Of a stretch of DNA of 64,000 nt, positions 7,953 to 15,837 are shown in pieces; within the stretch, counting starts at the first letter, position 1, and each line of letters opens with the position of its first letter. Source of the DNA: a virus (taxonomy: Duplodnaviria; Caudoviricetes); IMG/VR virus record IMGVR_UViG_3300005719_000009, positions 12,125 through 76,124 of that record; one strand, given 5' to 3'. The notes below the pieces were generated by a model that saw nothing but the letters and a program-made list of their open reading frames with translations, had not been told where the DNA came from and ran no database searches. The translations under genes were made by a program, and so were the position numbers.

Positions 7953-8031
7953 TTGTGTTGTTCATTAATGGCTGAAACCTATCAGCACAACCAAATAGGG
8001 AGTAGGCCATTTAATTTAAATATTTAAAACT

Positions 8032-8250
8032 ATGCAAACAGAATTTACATGCGGGATATATCACGCGATACAGGTTGAAAGCAGATGGGAGATAACCGTA
8101 AATAAATATACATTAGCCGTAGTAACTATTGATGGCAAAAATGTAAAATTCTCTGATTTGCCAGTTCATTTGAAAATTGACGATCTAATAGAAATAGTCG
8201 TATTAATGAACAACATTAAACGACAATACAAGCAATTTCACAATGCGTAA
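8032..8250 (+). CDS. early hypothetical protein
   Basis: 72 aa. Confidence 0.65.
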   Translation: MQTEFTCGIYHAIQVESRWEITVNKYTLAVVTIDGKNVKFSDLPVHLKIDDLIEIVVLMNNIKRQYKQFHNA

Positions 8251-8422
8251 ATTAACCTACAAACAAAAGCGCATCATAGAGGCGCATCAATCAAACTCTT
8301 TAAAAAAAGACAACAAAGGGTACTACTATAGCGTACCCACGTCAATAAGACGTAGCGGCGAAATGAGAGTGCAACAAAAAGAAATTAACACATTAATAAA
8401 ATTAGGACTATGGAACAAATAA
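8243..8422 (+). CDS. small basic hypothetical protein (59 aa)
   Basis: hand translation MRKLTYKQKRIIEAHQ...INTLIKLGLWNK; overlaps both neighbours. Confidence 0.55.
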   Translation: MRKLTYKQKRIIEAHQSNSLKKDNKGYYYSVPTSIRRSGEMRVQQKEINTLIKLGLWNK

Positions 8423-8706
8423 AGCCTTTATCTAAGGCGCTAAAAATAGCTGAAGAACAAATACCAATAACACCGGATGATTCAGAATTATTAAAAGCAG
8501 GCAAATTATTGGCGCGAACTTCTTTTGTTTCTGGTGCTAAATGGCAGAAAGACGAAGACGCCGAAATATTAAAAGCATTGTCTAGTGTATACAACGAATA
8601 CATGCAGAGCACAAAAAAGAATGGCAAACAACCATACACGGTACTTGTTTCCATGAATTTTCAAACAATGCAACACGTAGCAACTATTTTAAACAAACAC
8701 CTATAA
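8410..8706 (+). CDS. early hypothetical protein
   Basis: 98 aa; SFVSGAKWQK motif. Confidence 0.65.
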   Translation: MEQIKPLSKALKIAEEQIPITPDDSELLKAGKLLARTSFVSGAKWQKDEDAEILKALSSVYNEYMQSTKKNGKQPYTVLVSMNFQTMQHVATILNKHL

Positions 8707-8709
8707 TTT

Positions 8710-8946
8710 ATGTCTAAATCAATTTTGAAACTCGTTAAAACAGAAAACCTAAAAGGGGAAATATGGTATCACATTTACCACAATGACACATGCCTTAAAG
8801 CTTTTGTTGACGACACGTGCATTGATAGCGGAACGCCATCAGAAAAGACACTAAATGAAGCCTTAGACTTTTTCAATAAAATGAAGCTCCGCCAAAAGGA
8901 TGGCTACCCGAAAGTAACAACACTTGAATCATACGGAATGGATTAA
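8710..8946 (+). CDS. early hypothetical protein
   Basis: 78 aa. Confidence 0.7.
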   Translation: MSKSILKLVKTENLKGEIWYHIYHNDTCLKAFVDDTCIDSGTPSEKTLNEALDFFNKMKLRQKDGYPKVTTLESYGMD

Positions 8947-8954
8947 TTTAACAT

Positions 8955-9248
8955 ATGAAACTTACAAAACAACAGAGGCGCGAAATATATAAAAAGGCTT
9001 TAAAAATGCTGCATAATGAAATAAGTAACGGAACACAATGCACAGCCGTTTGCCCTAACTTATTCGATGTTTCACAACAAATGGGCATTGAAGAAGGGTT
9101 CCTATCGATTTCAGTAGATTTCCCCGAATTTTATTCGCAGAAACCAGCCGACCGAAAACTAATTGACGTGTGGTGGGATTATGACAAAAACGGCAACCTA
9201 CAAAGGGAAGAAGCTTTATTAAAAGCAATAGAACTGACTAAAGACTAA
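8955..9248 (+). CDS. early hypothetical protein
   Basis: 97 aa. Confidence 0.7.
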   Translation: MKLTKQQRREIYKKALKMLHNEISNGTQCTAVCPNLFDVSQQMGIEEGFLSISVDFPEFYSQKPADRKLIDVWWDYDKNGNLQREEALLKAIELTKD

Positions 9249-9424
9249 GCCCTACAAAAATACTAACCAAAAAAACATCAGTATGCCCCACTGAGCTACG
9301 CGGTAGCAAAACGAGGGTTCACGAAATCAGTCGTTATGAAAAACTAAATGATGGTCAGATTTGCGTCGCACACTTACTATATCGGTAAAGTCTGACTAAT
9401 AGTTGTTCACAGTTATTGATTTGT

Positions 9425-9494
9425 TGTAACCCGGCCAACCACCGGGTTACATGGGAGGCAATGGAAGCGTAGGTTCGACTCCTACCCCTCCCGC
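9425..9494 (+). ncRNA. tRNA-like element (acceptor stem plus T arm, no D or anticodon arm) preceded by a 10-bp hairpin
   Basis: GGGAGG (9453-9458)/CCTCCC (9487-9492); T arm GTAGG-TTCGACT-CCTAC (9469-9485); upstream TGTAACCCGG/CCGGGTTACA. Confidence 0.65.
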
Positions 9495-9529
9495 TAAATA
9501 TTTAAAACTAAAACCACGATCTAAAAATC

Positions 9530-9751
9530 ATGAATCCACAACAACTTATTGGAACCGCCTTTGAATATTCCACAATTTCAAGCTTATCCATTGGCATATC
9601 AAACGACATGGTAACATTGATTTCTTTAATGCGTATGTACGACCGACCGCATGAAGAAATGAAACTCCTTTCTGATGTGCGCCTATTGCTAACTCAATAC
9701 CACTTCACATACACACAATCAGCACTTGAAAAAAGTCTATTAAACAAATAA
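9530..9751 (+). CDS. early hypothetical protein
   Basis: 73 aa. Confidence 0.6.
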   Translation: MNPQQLIGTAFEYSTISSLSIGISNDMVTLISLMRMYDRPHEEMKLLSDVRLLLTQYHFTYTQSALEKSLLNK

Positions 9752-9764
9752 ATATAATCAACAA

Positions 9765-10049
9765 ATGAACACCCCACACAAATACAGAAGATCAGCAATT
9801 CACTTTTGGATACTGCTCCCTCTTGCTATTATCATTGCAGTTATATTATTGAGCAGTTGCCGCCCACAACGTGGCTGCAATGGCACACGCGGAATGTCCG
9901 GCTATTCCAGCGTTGACAAAAAAATATTCACCACATTACACCTCGCATGGCTGAAGTGTCGTGAAACCGGCAAAGTAATCGCAACTGATATGAATGGAAA
10001 TATTATCTGTACATACTACGAAACCCCATCTATATGCAAGGAACGATAA
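9765..10049 (+). CDS. putative lipoprotein
   Basis: hydrophobic N-terminus and lipobox LSSC. Confidence 0.65.
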   Translation: MNTPHKYRRSAIHFWILLPLAIIIAVILLSSCRPQRGCNGTRGMSGYSSVDKKIFTTLHLAWLKCRETGKVIATDMNGNIICTYYETPSICKER

Positions 10050-10234
10050 CATGGATAAACTGTGATGACAAGTTGCCGGAAAATGAACACGGTCAACCTT
10101 GCTCTAATGACATTTTACTTATTGCACCGGGTCAGAGACCAACTACAGGGTCTTACTGGGCACTCGCAGATCAATTTTCTCATTCAGCCGGGAATTGGCG
10201 ACCGACTCATTGGGCTTACATAAATTACCCATAA
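10034..10234 (+). CDS. DUF551-like phage protein
   Basis: WINCDDKLPE ... PTHWAY signature. Confidence 0.7.
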   Translation: MQGTITWINCDDKLPENEHGQPCSNDILLIAPGQRPTTGSYWALADQFSHSAGNWRPTHWAYINYP

Positions 10235-10246
10235 ACAAAAACAAAC

Positions 10247-10453
10247 ATGAAACAAAAAACAACCCAAGACCCACTAATTAAAAAGTTCGGCGTTCCTAAA
10301 TACAAGGAAGGCGACAAAGTAACTACTTCGGTTACCGGAAAAGAAGTACTTACAATAAAAGGCGAAGCATGGAACAATGGCTTTAGCTGGATGTATAACT
10401 TTAAAGAAAAAACAATGTCTGCTGGTCAATCGTATATAAAACCAGCAAACTAA
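10247..10453 (+). CDS. early hypothetical protein
   Basis: 68 aa; PKYKEGDKV motif. Confidence 0.6.
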   Translation: MKQKTTQDPLIKKFGVPKYKEGDKVTTSVTGKEVLTIKGEAWNNGFSWMYNFKEKTMSAGQSYIKPAN

Positions 10454-10482
10454 ATCTCTAAACAAAATAAACAAAATCAAAA

Positions 10483-11019
10483 ATGAAACATTTAATCTTT
10501 GCCCTATTAATGGGGATCGGTATTGCCAGCATGGCACAGAACGGTGGCCAATATCCCGAAAACAATACAGCCAAACTTGAATACATGGGAGGCGGTAAAA
10601 TTAAGATCATAAACAAACAATCTTTCCCATGCGACTTCAAAGTGAACGACAGCAAGACTGAGAGCGATATAACAATCCCAGCCAATTCGAACTACCTGTA
10701 TCAACTGCCTCCTGACTTATTAACAAATATCCACTTTAAGGTTAAGTGCGTTACAAACAATGGCATTACTGACTTAGGATGGATTGAACTATTCTTAACG
10801 TCACTACCATTGAAGTTTGTTAGCTTCAGCACAACGAGAATATCAGACACAGAGTTCTGGGTTGACTTTGAAGTAGCAGAAGTAACAAACGTGAAACAAT
10901 TCAATATAAAAGCATCCTTAGATGCAAAGGTGTGGAAGGTTATTACTATCTTATTCCCTGATGAAATACAACCTAATCGTAAATATTCGGTAAAAATAAA
11001 TCTAAGTCAATGGAAATGA
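10483..11019 (+). CDS. secreted protein with host-like Ig-type 'LPV/LPL..F' module
   Basis: signal peptide MKHLIFALLMGIGIASMA then Q; C-terminal LPLKFVSF...FNIKASLDAKVW resembles modules of Bacteroidota T9SS cargo. Confidence 0.65.
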   Translation: MKHLIFALLMGIGIASMAQNGGQYPENNTAKLEYMGGGKIKIINKQSFPCDFKVNDSKTESDITIPANSNYLYQLPPDLLTNIHFKVKCVTNNGITDLGWIELFLTSLPLKFVSFSTTRISDTEFWVDFEVAEVTNVKQFNIKASLDAKVWKVITILFPDEIQPNRKYSVKINLSQWK

Positions 11020-11408
11020 AACACACGCCGGGGCCGTGGAAATTCCCTTTCAATCAACTCCCGGAAACGACCACAAAGATTACTGTATTGCCTGAAAATG
11101 ACCCCAATAACGGCATTGGTTGGGATTTTAAAACAATTTACATATCAGACAACGACAACAACGTATTAGCAGAGGTGAAGGCATTTACATGCAAAGGCTT
11201 CATTAACGACTTTAATCAATGGGAAGCGAACGCCAAGCTAATCGCCGCAGCACCAGCCATGTACGACGCCATTCAATGCGCATTAAACATAAAAGACCTT
11301 TGGAGCGCTGACCCACAGGGTACTATATCTGCTGATCGCGAAGGCGAAATGCAAGCCCTTAAACTAATGCAAGAAAAGTTTGAAGCAATCATCAAAACTC
11401 TTGACTAA
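11010..11408 (+). CDS. conserved phage hypothetical protein
   Basis: KHTPGPW ... EANAKLIAAAP motif. Confidence 0.75.
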   Translation: MEMKHTPGPWKFPFNQLPETTTKITVLPENDPNNGIGWDFKTIYISDNDNNVLAEVKAFTCKGFINDFNQWEANAKLIAAAPAMYDAIQCALNIKDLWSADPQGTISADREGEMQALKLMQEKFEAIIKTLD

Positions 11409-11440
11409 CCAATAATAATTATCAATTAAATAAAAACAAC

Positions 11441-11617
11441 ATGAAAAAAACACTTTTAGCGTTAACTATTGTCTCTTTGGCTACTGCATGTAAAAAAGAC
11501 TACATTTCCAAAGACCACAAAACAGAAACAACTGTTTATCTACAAATCGAAGCTCCTGACAATGACAACTTAACAACAACGGTATCGGATATTAAAACCG
11601 TAAAAGTAAAGCAATGA
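11441..11617 (+). CDS. small lipoprotein (58 aa)
   Basis: hand translation MKKTLLALTIVSLATACKKDY...; lipobox ATAC. Confidence 0.65.
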   Translation: MKKTLLALTIVSLATACKKDYISKDHKTETTVYLQIEAPDNDNLTTTVSDIKTVKVKQ

Positions 11618-11722
11618 CGAAGTGGCCCGTAAATGCCATTACTAAATAGCTTCTTTGTAGTCACCACCAACCAAAAGCCGGGGTATTGGGCAGTGTGGCC
11701 CCGGCAATTTTAATTTAAAACT

Positions 11723-12205
11723 ATGCATACAGAAAAACACTTTCAATTCGCCACACTCCTACAACAACACACCGGCATCGTATACAGCACCATATCGAAA
11801 TATGGGCACGAAGGCATCAGCCATGAGGACTTGTTTCAGGAGGTAGCCCTTAGAGCGTGGCAGGCTTATGATAGATTCAGGGGTGATGCAAAATTTAGCA
11901 CATGGCTGGCATATATCACCCGTAACACATGCGTTGATGCGTGGAGAAGATTAAAAACAACCGTTCAAACTGTAGCCTTTAGCAACTGTTTGTTTGAGGT
12001 AGATTTAGCAGACAATACTGAGGAATATCAAGAGCCGGTTTCGCTACCCACAATCGACTCCTTTACTACTATTGAAAAAACAACCCTTAACTACATTTTA
12101 GAGGGTTTAAGCTATAAACAAATAAGCGCTCTTACAGGAGAACCAACTAATAGAATCGCAGTGAGAATGCACCGGATCAAAAAAGAATTTGCAAAGCACT
12201 TATAA
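11723..12205 (+). CDS. ECF-type sigma-70 factor
   Basis: region 2 DLFQEVALRAWQAYDRFRGDAKFSTWL..ITRN..VD; region 4 GLSYKQISALTG...AVRMHRIKK. Confidence 0.9.
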   Translation: MHTEKHFQFATLLQQHTGIVYSTISKYGHEGISHEDLFQEVALRAWQAYDRFRGDAKFSTWLAYITRNTCVDAWRRLKTTVQTVAFSNCLFEVDLADNTEEYQEPVSLPTIDSFTTIEKTTLNYILEGLSYKQISALTGEPTNRIAVRMHRIKKEFAKHL

Positions 12206-12229
12206 CTATTTAGTTCGAGAAGGTAACAC

Positions 12230-12263
12230 AAAAAAGGGGCGATCACTCTTGATCTGGCCCCTT
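12230..12263 (-). terminator. intrinsic terminator at the early/late convergence
   Basis: GGGGC/GCCCC stem followed by T6 on the - strand, downstream of the endolysin. Confidence 0.65.
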
Positions 12264-12305
12264 ACTTACTCTTTAAGAACCCGCGAAACATCCAAAAATC
12301 GGGGT

Positions 12306-12914
12306 TTAGTTAATAATCGCCTTGCATCTTTCGTAAAACATTTCCCGTTCATCGAGCCCGTTAAAGCCGCCATTAATCCTTAACGTTATATATTCAACAG
12401 GATGAATGTATTTTATTTTTTTCTGGTATTTAACTTTAATTAGAACATGATCCCCCATGTTGGCGATAGTGTTGAAATCATGATGCGCCCAATAATCACA
12501 GGCGCTCCACACGGCATAATTTGGTTCAGCCAACAACGTAGGATTACCCCTGAAATCTACGTGTGATCGCCCTGATTCATTCCACGATATAGTAGCCCTT
12601 GTATAATTAGCCGCTCCGGTTACCATAAATATCCCTCTCCCTTTATACAATCTACCATCCCCGTCTTTTTGAGGCGTATTACCTAAATCAACTCTTGTGT
12701 CGTATGCATCACCCGTAGCGTATTCTTGCAGAGAATTAAATGAATCCGTTTCGTACGCCGCCTGTGCTATAAAATGGCAATACTCCGATTTTGTATCTAT
12801 GCCATAATGCGGGAAATAATCATTCATGCGATCTGCCAATGGTGCCAAGAGCTTGTACCCGCTTTTTTTACTCCCCGGTGCAATTTGTTTAAGTATATCT
12901 GCTGTAATGATCAT
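12306..12914 (-). CDS. endolysin, glycoside hydrolase family 19
   Basis: HFIAQAAYET, DLGN...GDG..YKGRG, INGGFNGL..R motifs; ATG at 12914 overlaps the upstream stop. Confidence 0.9.
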   Translation of the reverse strand: MIITADILKQIAPGSKKSGYKLLAPLADRMNDYFPHYGIDTKSEYCHFIAQAAYETDSFNSLQEYATGDAYDTRVDLGNTPQKDGDGRLYKGRGIFMVTGAANYTRATISWNESGRSHVDFRGNPTLLAEPNYAVWSACDYWAHHDFNTIANMGDHVLIKVKYQKKIKYIHPVEYITLRINGGFNGLDEREMFYERCKAIIN

Positions 12915-13339
12915 AAAAATACCTTCCACGCAATAGTTATAGAATAAAACATCGAGTACCAGAATACGATTTTCTTGCCGTCATAGTCAATGCCAAATAT
13001 CCTCCTTTCAACCTTGTCCCACCACGCCTTAGGTGGATTAGCCGCAGACTGATGATACCACGGCAAATGTCTGCGCAAATTCAACGGAATGTCAAAAGAT
13101 AATTGCCGATTACAAAATGCAGACATACAATATACAATTACATCTATGTATGGAAATTTACACCACGTTATTTCAGGCTTATTTGCCAACCAGTAAAGAA
13201 TAATTGAAAATACAGCATACGAGATGAAATTTACGCCATGCGCAATAGCCTTATCTTTTAATATTCGGTATGCATCAATACGAGAATTGATCAGATTGAA
13301 CCCGACAAGACAGCATTGATTTACGAGATACGCAATCAT
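12911..13339 (-). CDS. multi-pass membrane protein (lysis region)
   Basis: several hydrophobic segments. Confidence 0.65.
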   Translation of the reverse strand: MIAYLVNQCCLVGFNLINSRIDAYRILKDKAIAHGVNFISYAVFSIILYWLANKPEITWCKFPYIDVIVYCMSAFCNRQLSFDIPLNLRRHLPWYHQSAANPPKAWWDKVERRIFGIDYDGKKIVFWYSMFYSITIAWKVFL

Positions 13340-13557
13340 GACTTACTTTTGTCACCAAACCAAAAATAGCACCATCCAATAACGAGAGTAACCCCAGAGG
13401 CAATTGCGAGAATATCCCAGAACCTCCACCAGAAAGAATGGTTGGCGTAGTCACTAAGCCCCGGATATATAACAGGGCCAAACACGCAATTAAGCGCCGT
13501 AAACAACCAAAGCAAGTCTTTTAAGTTTTCTTTGAACCATGATTTTTGTGCTGACAT
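13336..13557 (-). CDS. two-TM membrane protein, holin candidate
   Basis: two hydrophobic helices, basic C-terminus. Confidence 0.55.
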   Translation of the reverse strand: MSAQKSWFKENLKDLLWLFTALNCVFGPVIYPGLSDYANHSFWWRFWDILAIASGVTLVIGWCYFWFGDKSKS

Positions 13558-13580
13558 ATAAATTGTTTTGATTAAATTAA

Positions 13581-14351
13581 TTACTTACGCCTTCTTAATG
13601 ACAGCGGTAAATTCATTTGTGTTTCAACCATTGTCCCATGTGTTCCCCAATAGCCCTTTACTCCATATTGCACCTTATACTTAGTTTGATACATTAAACC
13701 AACGCCAGCCATTTCAGGAAATGGCGACCATAAAACGCCCCATGAAAAATAAAGCTGCCCCTTAACGCCGGAGGCATTAACCGCATCCTTACTTATGTCC
13801 TTACTATCCTGAAGACTTTGGCCTAATTTTGATTTCTCTTGATCTTGTTGCGCTATCCTGTCTGTCTGTAGTTTTTCTTTAATACGTAACGAAAGTTTAA
13901 GCTGCTCATTATCTGACTTATATTGTTGCACTAATTTCTGCCCATTAGAAAGTTCAGTAAAACAACCATTACAATCAACTATAAATTCGTTTGGGACATA
14001 TGTATGTGACGTATCTGTATCCGGCGTGATTTCTTTATGCTTTGCAAGTAGCAAACTAATTCTTATATTCGCCACATCCAATTCATTGTTGATTCTTTCA
14101 ACCTGATTTTCTTTTATTTCTAATTGCCCATTAGCGACTTCCAGAGCGACTTCATAGTCTCTTTTGTTTGCCGCAAACTCAACGCTATCCCTTTTTGTTT
14201 TAGCAATAAGCGAATCATTTTTCGTTTTTAACTCATTACTTTCTTTAAAAGCATATTTTGCATTACCGCAACCTCTAAATAGCATAAATATCAATAAGGC
14301 CACACCAACAATTGATATTATAATAAGAACCGGACTAATTTTTATACTCAT
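13581..14351 (-). CDS. membrane-anchored coiled-coil protein, spanin-like
   Basis: N-terminal TM ending FRGC, long coiled coil, beta-rich aromatic C-terminus. Confidence 0.55.
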   Translation of the reverse strand: MSIKISPVLIIISIVGVALLIFMLFRGCGNAKYAFKESNELKTKNDSLIAKTKRDSVEFAANKRDYEVALEVANGQLEIKENQVERINNELDVANIRISLLLAKHKEITPDTDTSHTYVPNEFIVDCNGCFTELSNGQKLVQQYKSDNEQLKLSLRIKEKLQTDRIAQQDQEKSKLGQSLQDSKDISKDAVNASGVKGQLYFSWGVLWSPFPEMAGVGLMYQTKYKVQYGVKGYWGTHGTMVETQMNLPLSLRRRK

Positions 14352-14385
14352 ATTGTCATTGTTTTAACACGGCCAAATATAATAT

Positions 14386-14835
14386 CTATTGTTTGAATAT
14401 GTGTTTCTTGTTAGAAAATCCTATCAACATTGCACTAATAGTGCTTACGGTTAAAACACACATATATAAGATATAAGATGTTTTATAATTGTATATAAAC
14501 ATCGACAAATCAAATACATGATATGCAAAATAAATCAGCCACACTAAATACAAGCGAAAACTATACCGTTGCCATTGAAGATAATTTTCATAGTTTATAG
14601 AATACGCCTGACATGCGCCTGCATAAAGTATAGATGTTAGCAACATGCCGTCTTCGATCATTTTGAAATACCACAAAATATTCAGATCGGGCACTGAAAA
14701 TCCCGGTTTAATAAACCACCCGGAAACTATATAATTTACAGACTTTGGGCTTGCCCACATTATCAATGTATGTAGTTCTGTTAACAGGTGTGCGCCTATT
14801 AACAGAACTATTATTGTATAGTATCTTTTCTTCAT
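14386..14835 (-). CDS. multi-pass membrane protein
   Basis: about four hydrophobic segments. Confidence 0.65.
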   Translation of the reverse strand: MKKRYYTIIVLLIGAHLLTELHTLIMWASPKSVNYIVSGWFIKPGFSVPDLNILWYFKMIEDGMLLTSILYAGACQAYSINYENYLQWQRYSFRLYLVWLIYFAYHVFDLSMFIYNYKTSYILYMCVLTVSTISAMLIGFSNKKHIFKQ

Positions 14836-15029
14836 GGTGGAGTTCCGGGGCCATGTGGGGGATTGCTTCCTCCTTCACTATTGATACTTTGTCTTTCTAA
14901 CTTAACACACGCTTCACGGTGCAATACCTCTCGCGCCCGTTCCATTATAAGCCACGCGTCTGCATAAGTAATACCATTTAATGAAGCAATCAATTCTCTC
15001 GCTTTTTGTAAAATTTGATCTGAATCCAT
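14832..15029 (-). CDS. hypothetical protein
   Basis: 65 aa; ATGA overlap with the next gene. Confidence 0.55.
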   Translation of the reverse strand: MDSDQILQKARELIASLNGITYADAWLIMERAREVLHREACVKLERQSINSEGGSNPPHGPGTPP

Positions 15030-15049
15030 ATTGTTGCGTTATTTTTGTT

Positions 15050-15346
15050 TTATGCTGCTTTTTTTTTACGATTTTGTATCTTTCTTTTTATTGTCATGCG
15101 TTTCCACTTTGACTTTATCCAAAGCGCTAAATCGTTGCCAAGCACTGTTGCACATCCAGACACGATAGCACTCAGCCCAACTGCAATAATCTTCAATAAC
15201 CCTTCAATGATAATAGAAGTAGCTCCATGTAATGAGCTACCAAACAGAAAAACACCAGAAATAAGGCCACCGCCAAAGCTTCCTTTAATAAATAGATTAA
15301 TCTTCTCTTGCCATACAGCTTTGAGCCATTCATAGATACGGTGCAT
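15050..15346 (-). CDS. holin candidate
   Basis: two TM segments and a very basic tail (KRKIQNRKKKAA). Confidence 0.55.
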   Translation of the reverse strand: MHRIYEWLKAVWQEKINLFIKGSFGGGLISGVFLFGSSLHGATSIIIEGLLKIIAVGLSAIVSGCATVLGNDLALWIKSKWKRMTIKRKIQNRKKKAA

Positions 15347-15384
15347 TGTATATTTGATTTTTGGTTAATGTGCTGCATGGTTTT

Positions 15385-15837
15385 TTAATTTTGACCGGGT
15401 AGTATTATTCCTTCCTTATCGGCTTGCGCCTTGAGTAGTTTTTCACTTTTACCGAAAATAAACCACCCTATATTTTGACACAAGTACCCGAATACTACTG
15501 CCACGACATTTAAAAAATTAATGAAATAAACCTTCCATTTAGCTGCCTCCATATTCTTTAGCTCTTCTTTGTTCAACTCCATATTTATGAAATTAGGAAG
15601 AACAAACAACCCTATCAGCAAAATTACTACAGCGAAAGCAAAAGATGCCGTTTCTTTTGTAAAATGCATCTTTAATGCATCTGAAAATGTTACCGTAGGT
15701 TTGTTCCTTTGTATCTCCCAGCTCTTTTTAAAGGCGTACGCTAATTGACCCAGAAACCAACCTATAACCAAGATTACATAATTACTCATTTCATTTGAAT
15801 TTATGTGATTATTTAATACTTCCTTATTAGCCTCCAC
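15385..15837 (-). CDS. three-TM membrane protein, holin candidate
   Basis: three hydrophobic segments; true start may be an internal Met. Confidence 0.6.
   Translation of the reverse strand: MEANKEVLNNHINSNEMSNYVILVIGWFLGQLAYAFKKSWEIQRNKPTVTFSDALKMHFTKETASFAFAVVILLIGLFVLPNFINMELNKEELKNMEAAKWKVYFINFLNVVAVVFGYLCQNIGWFIFGKSEKLLKAQADKEGIILPGQN

Noticed and set aside
8300-8372. Apparent three-way RNA junction (GGGTAC/GTACCC, ACGTC/GACGT)
   Set aside because: Lies within a plausible 59-aa ORF (8243-8422) and matches no ribozyme core I know.
9453-9494. Functional tRNA gene
   Set aside because: No D arm or anticodon arm; reported as a tRNA-like element instead.
11612-11705. Second hammerhead-like element before the sigma gene
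   Set aside because: TGACGA and a stem are present but the leading C and the GAAA are missing; only generic hairpins remain.
15193-15378. Alternative-frame ORF overlapping the holin candidate
   Set aside because: No recognisable motif or coupling signal, unlike the 23541-23696 case.
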